Positions 50,801-62,085 of a stretch of 64,000 bases of DNA are shown piece by piece. The notes beneath the pieces are model-generated. The model saw only the letters and a program-made list of their open reading frames with translations. It had not been told where the DNA came from and did no database searches. The position numbers and the translations under genes are program-made. How positions within the stretch are numbered: the first letter of the stretch is position 1; every line of letters begins with the position of its first letter. Source of the stretch: Ptychomitrium polyphyllum (lineage: Eukaryota); NCBI GenBank assembly GCA_973851085.1, contig OZ316775.1, positions 14,756,001 through 14,820,000 on the forward strand. The letters are read 5' to 3'.

Positions 50801-51606
50801 TGAGCAGACAATAGAATCCTTAAGCCGCCAGGAAGGAAATATGACTTACACAAAAATAATATGCTACAGCCAATACCAGCAGGAATTTCTGAAATGAATT
50901 CCTGGAAATGTGATTACTACTGATACGCTAGGTCAACTGCAGTGAAAGTCTCATACACTAATTCTTGTGATATTAACCTTCACTGATATAGCCCAGTGAC
51001 TCAATCAGCTACTTGAAGAACTATCTTGCGTAAAGCCAGAAATAAAGTATCGATGTTTGCAGAAGAGAACCCTAATGATACAGGACGCTAAATTCCTGTT
51101 CACAAAAATTACAGAATAGCCCCACATATCAAGAGTGACAAGCCAAAATGTAATCAACGCGTTGGAAGGTATCAGATATCTTCACTATTGCCAAATCTGA
51201 CACTCCTTGCCAAAAACAAACCCTATTTCATACTAATGAAAATGTCAGACGTTCACCTCGATAGGTACATCCTAGAGATCAAGTAGGACCAGAAATCAAG
51301 ATATCGACCACAACATGACATGCCAACAGTTGAGAAGAAAACCTTTTCAGCTGTTTGCTGGTTGATTTCGTCCTTCTCACTAGCAGAGTTCACATCCGCT
51401 TGAAGTTTCTTCATTGTGTTAACGTGCGTGACAGCCTGCTTGCTGAGAGCGTCGGTCTCACGCTGCCATCTCGAGGAATGCGCAGATGCCGCTTCTTGTA
51501 ACAATCTACAGCTCTCAACCAGGCTCGCGACTCGATCGGCCACACTCTCCTCCAATTCATTATCGCCCTTCGGTTCACCATCCGTGGTACCGCCGTCGCT
51601 CGTCAT
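47853..51606 (-). CDS. TMEM120: TMEM120 / TMPIT-family membrane protein, 10 coding exons
   Basis: Exons 51606-51343, 50799-50721, 50452-50358, 50177-50073, 49866-49787, 49614-49524, 49074-48967, 48662-48576, 48432-48364, 48005-47853, frame-consistent. N-terminal coiled coil, then FLRMLLGPANVR..KVKEEYNAYR, YTSLALRENILRVNGSDIRPWWVYHHY, LQNRYQRQRLYTRIALGKAGRMDV, GNFVNTV. Probable 5'UTR intron about 51638-52709. Confidence 0.93.
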
Positions 51607-53088
51607 TAGAGCTTATTTCAGAGACGGCACACCCAACTGCAAAAGCAAACGCAACATATAATGCAGAAGGAACACGTGATTGAATATCCAACAAAAGCAT
51701 TCACACGTGTGAGCACTTCCAAAGACGTAATTTTTAAAAACTCGTATAAAGGTAACAGAAAGAAACGATTCTATGACAGGGACAGACATAATTAAAAAGG
51801 TATAATCAATCAGCCTAGTAACAATTCCACTTTCGCAGTATGCAAGGATTTGACGGCAGAAGAAGAGCTCATAAAGACATAGTCTAATTGCAGATCACTG
51901 CAGCGTGCATGTCCCCTAAATTTCATCAATTTGTTAAGATTTGTGATTCATTTCAAAGGAACAATTGAGTTGTCCATTCTACAAGCTCAGTCCAAACATC
52001 AGAATTCTTCAGCAGCACGTAAGGTATTAACCAGAAGAATCCACCCCCTTGCCACTGATACAATGCAGCACGGTCCCAAAATGGAGCGACATCCGAGCAG
52101 AAAAAAGCCTCTGCTCTATAATTCTGAATCTTCAAGAGCTATAAATGGTATTAAAGCAAAAAACTAAACCCTGCTCGCTATTGTTCTTCACACGCCAAAG
52201 CCTAGAAAATACACAGCTAGGAAATATACCTCCCCCATCCGTCTTTAAAAACCCGAAAAATCCTACGCATGATGGCAGTGTAAGAGAAGAGCTTTTATAA
52301 ATCTTTTAAAGAAAAATCTCTTGTTTCTACCTCTCACTCCAAACTAAACCAAACCCGTAAAACAAGCATGCCCACCCACAGAAACTATCGCCCTTCTCAC
52401 AGGACTCAGCTCCGATCAAAAACCCAAAAACAGCAGCCTTCCCTCACAAACTCCAAACCTCAACAAAAAAAAACAAAAAAGGAAACCACACTGCAATCCC
52501 ACAAAAACCTGGAAAAAGCCTTCCAACAACCCCCCACACCCTCCAACCTCCCAATCCATGCAACACCACAACAGAATACCCATTCCCACACTATCATAGC
52601 ACGACCCATCCTTTCCACTCACAAACGAAACCCCGATCCACAACCAACCCCTGCACATCTCACAAACCACAAAAACGCACCGCAATCAACGGCCACAAGA
52701 TCCACAAACCTCAGGATGACTGATCCTCCCAAGGCTCCCAAACTGAGTGACGAAGCTCTCTCAAGTAAAAGCCCACAGTTTGGGATGAAAACGAGAGGAG
52801 AATAGTCTGAGAAAAGTGCGGACCCCGGAGACAACAGACTGTGCAGATTGTTCCAGGCCTCCTGCTCGCCTGCGTGGTTGAATTGGAGTGGCACTGCTGT
52901 GCGTGAAGCTCCGGCTATGGCGTGTGTGGTGAGCTCCGTCCCTCCATCTCGCTGCAAAGTCTCCAACACTGCGGCCCCAGGGACCACACTCCCGTTACTC
53001 CCTAAAACGCGCCACTTTCTACCCTTGCACTTTTTACTCCGTTCGTCCTCATGCAGAAATTCTTCTCTTGTGTTGGTCTTAGGGTACT

Positions 53089-53360
53089 GCCACGGTGTTG
53101 TATTTGCATGCTGTTGGAGAATGCGGTTTCTTGGATCTATAGCCATCAGTTTATACAAAACTGTTAGTCTTCATAGCTGTGCTATCTTTGAATTTTCTAG
53201 ATGGGGCACGGACTGTAGGACGCTTTTAGACGATGTTGTTTTCCGGACGCCGCCACGGTGTTAGAATGTCATGCGTGCGGTTTTTTGGATCTATAATCGT
53301 CGGCATATACAAAAACCGTTGTTATCTACTGGACTGAAATATCTAGGACTCTTCTAGATG
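53089..53360. repeat. Diverged direct duplication (period about 160 bp) in the TMEM120-like upstream region
   Basis: Colinear anchors in both copies: GCCACGGTGTT (53089, 53252), TGCGGTTT.TTGGATCTATA, TATACAAAA, TTCTAGATG (53195, 53352). Confidence 0.8.
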
Positions 53361-53481
53361 AAGTGGATGCTGGGGTATCGTGCCGGTGTACATAGTGTTG
53401 GTTTGTTGGGCAGGTGACGGTTCTAGGTTTAAATCCCTCTCGACCGAAGCTTGGGACATGCCAACGCAGCGTGTCGCCACT

Positions 53482-53518
53482 GCCACGTCGACGACTGCGT
53501 ATTCAGGGGGCGCCACGT
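53482..53518 (-). promoter_or_regulatory. Paired ABRE/G-box-like motifs (ACGTGGC x2)
   Basis: GCCACGTC at 53482 and 53512, 30 bp apart, upstream of the TMEM120-like gene. Motif match only. Confidence 0.45.
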
Positions 53519-53699
53519 CACCTACAGGCGTCAGTTTTCACCTCATGTGTACTTTGAAGGTTATGTTTTTCCTACATGATGGCTGCTTTACACCTTCTCT
53601 TCTTGCGCCCACTCTAGACAAGATTGTTGCCATGTTTAGAGAATTTTTGCAACCTGATTGCTTGGGTCTATTTCTTGACTTGTTGTCCAACGAGAAGAA

Positions 53700-53847
53700 A
53701 TTTGAAAATGGATGAAAAAATGAGTTGTTTGCATACTCAAACAATGATTATTGGAAGAAAGTCTTGTTACATTGATTGTTTTTGGAAGTGTTCTTTGGTT
53801 GGGAATCCAAAAATTGATCCAAGGGAAGGAAGTTTTCCATGTCAATC
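53700..53847 (+). repeat. Dispersed repeat, copy A (related to 56648-56804)
   Basis: ATTTGAAAATGGATGAAAAAATGAGTT vs ATTTGAAAACGGATGAGAAAATGAGTT (25/27), followed by colinear weaker matches (GCATAC, ATTG.AAGAAA.TCTT, TTGATT.TTTT, AAGTG, TTTT.CCATGT). Confidence 0.7.
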
Positions 53848-56647
53848 ATAATAATATCTTCTTGTTTTCTCTTGTAGACCATCTTTTATAGAAAAAATAC
53901 ATGTGTCTTGAAGTGAAATCCTTCACACAGAATCCAATAATTTAATTACCATTATTGAAATTACTATAATTTCTTAGAGTAAAATGTTAGTCATGCCCTT
54001 AATAAATATGCGGGTTTAGTCTAAACCAATGTATAGATTGGTAACAAATTTAATGCTTCTTAATTATTAGAATAGTTCAAAATAGACAAAATGCAAGAAG
54101 CTGATAGAATGGCATTAAATTCCCAAAAATAATTTAAAGCCGTATAATTTTTGGTTTTACGCATAGCCTTCATATAGATTGTAGGTTGAATATTGGTTAA
54201 TGATATCTATTATCTATTATGACATATGAAAATACAAATTCAAATTGATGACATTATACACACATCCCTTCAATTTCCAATAGAACATGGTTAAAACAAT
54301 AAAATGGTACCCTTAGAAGAAAGCATTTAAGGAAAACATTGGAGAATATTTGTATTAATACAACCTAATACAATCTAACCTTATTAATATGACACTTGAT
54401 TATATGACAATCTCAATTATATGACATATTTTTGTATAATCAATTTATTTAATTTAAAATTCTTTTTTTAGTATGATTATGAAGCATTGTAATACAACAA
54501 TCAAGATCCTACATTTGTCATATAATAGAAGTAAATAATGCTTTACATAGATGAATTCATCTAAAATGATGATTATCTAAAAAAATTATGGAACTTCATT
54601 TATTTGTAATTGAAAACCTTGTAAGAACTTCTAAAATCTATGGCTAGAAAATGACGGCTAAGGTTGGTTGCCATTAACAAGCCTAATATTGCAAATCTTA
54701 GTACACATGAAGTGTATTTTTGATGTTTTATAACCATTTGTAGTGTATTTCTATACTTATTTTGGTCAAATTTTGAAAACCTCAATAATATGACATCAAA
54801 TGCCCTAAATATCATATAATCAAAAATGCAACATTTCAAGTATACAAATAATTTTTTTGTTTCCCAAACTTGTCATATTAAAGAAGGACAACAATAATTC
54901 TATTGCAAAACAAACCATTTCACTCTTATAAATTTTAATATTTACTGTGATATACCTATAACCCAAATTAAAAAATACACAAGTATCCTCTTTTAATCAA
55001 CAGAAATTTAAAAACTCATCACAATTCCTAACTTGTCATCATAAAATGCCAAGAGGTGTGTACAACACAATGACAACAACAGCTGGATGTATTTATCTAC
55101 ATACGCAACAAATACCTTTACTCATTCTACACCCTCAAATGTCACCTATTTGTTTCAATACAATCATGAGAACTAGCTCTCATATAGTACTAGAGGCTGT
55201 ACAGTTTCTAACCCAACTTGCTTCATGCAGTTATGGCTTGGCATGTTGTAGTAACATTGTAGAATTCACAATGTTGAGAAGGTCATAAGGTTTGTAGACA
55301 TGGCCGTAATGTACTCACCCCAGACCCCATCCCCACTTCTGTGCAGTAGTAACCTTCACAACATGCCAAGCCATAACTGCGAAGCTGAATTGGGTGGCTG
55401 TGATGTGGGAGAGCTTTCCTGCACAACCTGGCAAAGGTGTGCTCATTGTGGGCGACATGCCTGCAGACGTAAGAGCAAGCTTTGAGCGTCAGCCATTTGG
55501 ATTGTACTGTACTTTCGGTGATGAGAATTGAATCTTATGGAGAGTGATCATCCTGATGGCAGCTGCAGCAGCGGGTGGGATTCTGTGCACGCACGTTTGA
55601 AGTCATTTGTATGGGGTCATGGAGTTGGTGACATGTATGCATAACATTCTTTAGTTGTTGGGATGTTGGAATGGTTACTTTGAAGAGGGCAACGGAATAC
55701 AGTTCATATTAGTAAAAGCATAAAAAGCATCTTCATTTCTTTTTTTTTAAATGAAAGAAATCATATTCATAGAGAAAAGGAATCCTAGCACACTTTAAGC
55801 AATATGTTATTTGGATGCTGGAGGAATAGGTTATGAATAATGTTGGAAGATGTGGATCAACCTTGATCCTTGAATGTTGATGTTGGGCTTGGAGAACCTT
55901 TCTAGATGTTGTGTGAAGGATATTTATTCAAAGTGAAGGTATTTAAGAAATGTTGAAACAAGGTATTTGTGCATACATTAGATCATAGTGTGGCTCTCAA
56001 AATTTAGGAAAATTCTATTTGAACATATTATAATGTATTGGTTATTCTGTCACTATAGTTTTATGCAATGTTCAAATATAAGATGAAGGAACAATTCATT
56101 CCAATCCTTTAGTAACTAACTAGTAAATATCTATAATTTTTTAGATATTTTTGCTCTACTTCACAAATATTGATGCAAAAAATGCAATGTGCTTTTGAAA
56201 TTGTTATGAGAAAGAATTATGTAGAATTGCTTAAAGTTACTATGAAAAAGATTTTTAGATGCATGATTAGATACACGCACTTTCATTTCACTTGAATTTT
56301 TGGATTTTTGAATTTAAGACAAATATAAAATGGTATATATTCTAAAGGCATTTTGACATCTTTTGGATTATTGATAATTGTTACTAAACATTTTGTAACA
56401 ACAACACATTAAGTTCTTGTCCTATATAATGGCTAAATTAAGTACATTAAAATTAAAAATTAAAAAATATCTAAAAGTTGACAAGTCCAAAATTCCATTA
56501 ATCAAGGATCGCCTTACACCTTGTCCATTGTCTACAAGATAAAAGTTTGTTTTTATATTTAGATGACTTCAATGATATGATTGGTTAAAAATTCCAAGTT
56601 TTTTTTGGAAGGCTTTACACCTTGTCCTAGAGTCCATAAATAAAACA

Positions 56648-56804
56648 ATTTGAAAACGGATGAGAAAATGAGTTAGCCGCATACATACTACATCACCCAT
56701 TGCAAGAAAATCTTCTCTTCTTGATTATTTTCAAAAGTGCTTCCATGATGGCAACCTAGGAACTCACTCATTCATGGAGAGGAAATTTTTTCCCATGTTG
56801 ATTA
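56648..56804 (+). repeat. Dispersed repeat, copy B (related to 53700-53847)
   Basis: See copy A; both copies are also preceded by a CTTTACACCTT motif (about 53586 and 56613). Confidence 0.7.
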
Positions 56805-57622
56805 TTTTAACTATTTTAACAATTTAATATCTTCCCATTCCCTCCCATACACCATCCTTTCCTTTCCTTTCCTTTTGTTTCGTTTCGTTGACACGTGAGG
56901 TTTGGGTGCACATCGTCGCTGAGCACTGTAGGAGGGTAGGCAATGACAGTGACCGGAGTAGGGATCATGAGTCCAGATTTCTCGCAATCGCGTTGAACGA
57001 AATCTCGTTGCTTTCCTTGAGCTTTCCGCATCGTCCCCTTCTTTTCTTCCGGGGCCATCCGTTGTGTCTCGCACCTAGCCATCGCCAAAGCAAAGCTCCC
57101 ACTTTTGCACTCCCGGAGCCGACCTTGCCACTCTAGGCGTTCTCTCTCATTTAGCCGTCACTTCAGTGGCCGGAGTGGGAGGACAGTTCGGAAGCGGGCT
57201 GTGTTTTCCGGGGATCTGGGAGGCAAAGGTCGAAGCTTTGACTACACTCGAGTAGTTTTGCTTTCGAGTGTTGTGTGTTTACCCTTGTTTCTGTCTTCGA
57301 TTGTGGAGAAGTTGAATTTTGAGCTTAGTAGGTGGTTTTTTCGCGTGGTTTGGTGGGTGAGTGGTCTTGTGTCGGTGGTGGTTGATCAGTTTGAGTGGAC
57401 TAAGCTTTTGCTCTTGTTGGGGTGAGATGAGGGTTCTGGTTCGTTGGTGGTGGATGGGGTAGGATTCTGAGTTAACCTAGGTAGTGGTGAATGTTGGTTT
57501 TAGTTTTTGGACTGCAGTGGTGGATGTTGTGGAAGGGTTGGTTGGGAGGTTTTGAGCGGTAGTGGCCACTGGCAGCCAATGTAATTCAATCGCAAGAGGT
57601 GGGGAGTGAGCAAGGGCTAGCT

Positions 57623-60600
57623 ATGGAGAAGAGTGAGAAGAGTGAGAAGAGTGTGGCCATGACTGCTCCTCAGCAGATGCGAGGAGTGGTCATAATCTCG
57701 TTGCCGCGCTCGGACTGTGAGGGGGGTAAAACCATGTGCGCTGCAATGTGGCAACAAGGAAACGAGCAGCAGCAAGTGCAGGAGCAGGAGCAGGAGCAGC
57801 AGCAGCAGCAGCAAGTGCAGCAGGAGCAACCTCCTCCATCACCGGCAGCGTCAGCTGCACCTCCACCTCCACCATACCGACGATGGGGCCGGTACCACTC
57901 TATGACGAGGGCCCAGAAGGTTAGGAGGAATGGATTATTTTGCTTGTTTTCTATGCTGGCCCTGTACCTGGCATACAAGTTACCTACTTTATACTACTCC
58001 GAGATTGAGCTGGAGGAAGAAAACGAGGAGAAAAACGTACATGTTTATACTTTGCATCCTAAGTACACCTCGGTTCCTATCAAGATGTCTTTAGTTCGAA
58101 GGAATCTTCTGGAGCGTGACTTGAAGCGGCTTGGGAAGGCTGCGATGGCTGAGAATGCTGCTGTCAACAACCGTACTGCGTTCTATCCTGTCCGAGGGAA
58201 TACCTACCCTGATGGGTATGTGCCTCAAAGAATCTGCTTTAGAGGATTTTCTGTATGTGCAGACATAATTGGCAACAGATAGTTCTATGTTTTCTAATGT
58301 ATTGTTACTGTTGAGGATTATTGAGGAAGCCTAACCTTCATGTGAGAGTTTGCTTCTGAAGGTAGAACCTAAGGTTGTGTTGGAATGCATTGTGCAGGTT
58401 GTACTATATGGCGATGCTTATTGGTGCTCCTGCTAAGTTGTACTATCTTGACATGGATACAGGGAGCGATCTAACATGGCTGCAGTGTGATGCGCCCTGC
58501 CGTAGTTGTGCTCCCGTAAGTCCTCCAGATCTGTTCAGGTCGTTGCTTCAGCTTTGGATGTAAAAGAGTTCAAAAAAAATTCTGTTGGGTATCTGTAATT
58601 GAGTTAGCTCATGTGTGGGGGTTATGCCTGTTCAGGGACCGCATGGGCTATATGATCCTAAGAAAGCGCGGGTTGTCGATTGTCGCCTCCCTTTGTGTGC
58701 TCAAGTGCAACAAGGAGGCTCCTACACATGCGGAGGCAATGTTCGTCAATGTGATTATGATGTGGAGTATGCTGATGGCAGCTCCACAATGGGCATCTTG
58801 ATGGAAGACACCATCACCCTGTTTCTTACCAATGGCACTCGAAGTCAAACCAGGGCTATCATTGGGTATAATACTTCAACTTCTTTGCTTCCCATTAACT
58901 AGTTCATATGACTTGAACATTCCATTCTTGCCTTCCTTTAGTGCGTTTTGTCTGTTTTCTTTGGGAGATATGATACATGGTCTGGGATCCTTTGCACTTC
59001 ACAATGTTGGACCAAAATTTTAACATCTTGCATGGACTACAGGTGTGGGTATGACCAGCAGGGCACTTTGGCCCAAAAACCAGCAGCTACGGATGGTGTC
59101 ATGGGTTTAAGCAGCTCCAGGATAGCTCTGCCCTCTCAACTAGCGAAGAAGGGTATCGTGAATAATGTCATAGGTCACTGTCTGGCTGGTGGAAGCAATG
59201 GCGGTGGTTATCTGTTCTTTGGAGATGCGTTGGTACCCGCTTTGGGCATGACATGGACCCCCATGATGGGAAGGCCTGTTATGTAAGTTCTGGCTGAACA
59301 TTATGCATTAAAGTAGTATATTTATTCATTTCTCATGACCCTACTATTGCGAGTTACCAGATTTTTCCAAAATAGTAATTCAACAACTGAAACAAGATGA
59401 TGAAATGTGAATGCAGTGTTTCTAAGTTAGTTTTGTTGAAAGATCATTGTCACGCTTGTCGTTCTAGAATTGACAATAATATATGTTTATGCCTTCAGGG
59501 AAAGTTACCAGGCACGCCTGCGCAGTATTAGGTATGGAGCAGATGAGCTCAAACTTGCAGACAAAACAGGGGATGTTGGTAGTGCAATGTTTGATAGTGG
59601 GACGTCCTTCACATACCTCGTACCAGAGGCGTACGATGCCGTTCTTTCTGCTGTAAGTCATTATTATGAATGGATTTATATGGCAACTTCCGTTTGTATT
59701 TAACCTGAGAGTCAGTTCCATTGATTGATGGTCACGTGTAGCAACGACTGGAAACTCCCATGTTTGGATAGTTCTGCATTGCCCAAGATGTGAAGCTGCT
59801 CTTCGTTTAGTTTGTTTTTGAGTATCCTGTGCAAGTAAGATAATTTAACGCTTCCTGACTGCTTTGGGGGTATATTCGGGGGAGCAGGTGCAAACGCAGG
59901 CAGAGAGAAGCGGTCTTGTGAGGATCAAGACTGACAACACATTACCGTATTGTTGGCGTGGCGTCTCCCCGTTCGAGTAAGTTGGCTTGTGTCACAAGGC
60001 TCTTGATGCCCACTTGATGTTGACGCATACAGAACTTTGAGAACCATTTATGTGATGAGTTTTCTCCTGGAGTGTCAGAGTTCCTTTTTTGAATGCTTGA
60101 CTTGATCTTGCGTGTTGCTGTTTGGTTGAAATAAAGAAGAGCTAGAGTTACATTTAAGCACTTGGTGTTTGTGTAACGATAGAAGGTTGGGATGAGGTGG
60201 AGCAGATCTGTTGCAGATGTACATCAATATTTCAAGACGGTAACCTTGGATTTTGGCGGAAGCAGCTGGTTCTCATCAAGTAAAATATTAGAACTCTCCC
60301 CTGAGGGTTATCTCATTGTTTCGGTAAGCAAGCCTGTATTTCCTGATGTCAGTATGTGTACTATCAGTCAGTTCTTCATCTTATGCATGTCAATGAATAT
60401 ATGATTTTGTATAATAGAATATTCAAATACACAACTACACTGGCAACTCTACACAGTGTAGGTTTTGCAATAAGGTGGATGATCATGTGTGTCATCAAAC
60501 ATTAGTTATTGTGTTCCTATAATCATTTGTTGAGTTCGTTGGCACGAAATATTTTTTCCCACTTGAAACAACAAATTCCACATTAGTTAAAATAAAGCGT

Positions 60601-61127
60601 GCAGCTGTACACTTGATTATCATTTGATGGCTTTTCTTGTGCTTCGAGTTTTGCTTTCTGCTGAGAGCAAAGTCTAATAAGAACATGACGGCATGTGTGC
60701 AGACACAAGGTAATGTGTGCCTCGGCATTCTCGATGCAAGTGGAGCGAGTTTGGAGGTTACCAACATCATTGGTGGTATGGAATAGTCCTCCTCAAGCTT
60801 TGATGCATTGTGTACTTAAAATCGCAGTCTCATATCTTACAATGTTTGTCATTTTCTTAACGAGAAAATCTTCCATCTAGTTATTAGCAGCTTATTCTTG
60901 AAGAGTCAAACGCCTTGAACTTGGCATTCTTACCATGTTTGACTCCTGTTGTTGAGGCCGAAATGTTGATTCTTTTGGGGAATTTTGCAGACATATCAAT
61001 GCGGGGCTACCTTGTCGTGTACGATAATGTTCGAGAACTGATAGGTTGGGTTCGGAGGAACTGCCACAACCGGCCCACTAGGCCTACGTCTCAAGTTCTA
61101 TCACAATTGGCACACCTGTTTGATTGA
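57623..61127 (+). CDS. APCB1: Nucellin-like A1 aspartyl protease, APCB1-type (N-terminal cytosolic segment + transmembrane anchor), 9 exons
   Basis: Exons 57623-58215, 58398-58515, 58636-58865, 59043-59282, 59499-59652, 59888-59976, 60206-60323, 60703-60775, 60991-61127. Catalytic LDMDTGSDLTWLQCDAPC and FDSGTSFTY; QCDYDVEYADG; GCGYDQQG; GHCL..GGGYLFFG; GNVCLGIL; IIGDISMRG.LVVYDN....IGW. N-terminal GVVIISLP..GKT plus hydrophobic segment GLFCLFSMLALYLAY as in APCB1-like proteins. Confidence 0.93.
57764..57829 (+). repeat. Coding CAG/GAG repeat (poly-Q/E) in the protease N-terminus
   Basis: Encodes EQQQVQEQEQEQQQQQQVQQEQ; also (GAGAAGAGT)x3 at 57626-57652 encoding EKSEKSEKS. Confidence 0.9.
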
Positions 61128-61981
61128 TCAGCATACTTCATTCTCACAAACAAGCTGGTGCTTGGATAATTTGTAGTTTATGTATTCATGAGTCCACTTA
61201 TTCTCCTTTCATGCGTTAGGCTTTGCATGCTTGTTTGACTCGTCCCAGCAAGCTTCTGGTTCCAGGTTTTAGTTTAGCTTTTTCCGTTACTACACGAGTA
61301 CATGTGGTAACTAATTTCATTGCATCCATAGAACCTCAGTATACAATATTGTTTTGACACTAGGTCGCTTATGGTTAAGCTTTTAGGTAAATCGTGTAAT
61401 CAGCAGGGTGTTGCTAGGATAGCTGGACAAAGCGCTCCAGAACTGGATGAAAGGATGTCATACTTTCACACTTAAGTTATACTAAAGAACCAAATGTACA
61501 GATATGTGATTGATGCCAAAGTTTAATATTGGCTGCGAAATAGAGATGTTATTGAAATGTCATGCTCTTGTATGTGGTTTATTGCACATCAGAGTCCAGT
61601 TTCATGAAACATTGTTAGCATTCAGGAATGCTTTGCGACATGAATACTTTTTCAGAAAAAAGAATCTTCATATGCCGCAGATGTTGCAAGAAGCATGTCG
61701 CACACTAGTTCTTGTGGAAGGTTTGAATGGCTCTTGTGTTGCTTTACACTCTTGGGCAGAATTGCCACTTAAAGTTGGTGGACAAGGCCTAGGGATGTTG
61801 CGGGATTCTTTATAGATTAGCATACATTTTCTAGGGAGTCATTTTGTACTGTTACTACTTTAGAGTTCCGCCTGAACGAAGAATGTTGTTCTTGGGACAA
61901 GGATTGTTTGAAACTGGCCGCTCCTGGTGCTGAACTGTGCATTGCTATTGTGCATCACCATCGATGGTAACGCATCAGACG

Positions 61982-62085
61982 GGGCGGTTGGATGAACGCT
62001 TCTGGCACCTCGGTTAGACCCTTCTCTATCATGTATTGCACCCGGGTTTGATCTTCGGATGTTCACCTTTGGATATCGTGGACAT
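61982..62085 (-). pseudogene. Probable relic of a 2-oxoglutarate/Fe(II)-dependent dioxygenase N-terminus
   Basis: Minus strand 62041-61982 reads VQYMIEKGLTEVPEAFIQPP, resembling the plant 2-ODD N-terminal pattern (V[QK]xLxExGxxxVPxx[YF]IxPP). ATG at 62085 (MSTISKGEHPKIKPG) joins it only through a 1-nt frameshift, a stop follows 8 codons later, and no catalytic domain is visible. Confidence 0.5.

Noticed and set aside
52368..53264. ORFs of 138-179 aa on both strands
   Set aside because: Coincide with the skewed 5' leader, first intron and promoter of the TMEM120-like gene; low-complexity translations.
39923..55520. 16-bp exact match TACTGTACTTTCGGTG at 39923 and 55505
   Set aside because: No flanking similarity; about one such match is expected by chance in 64 kb.
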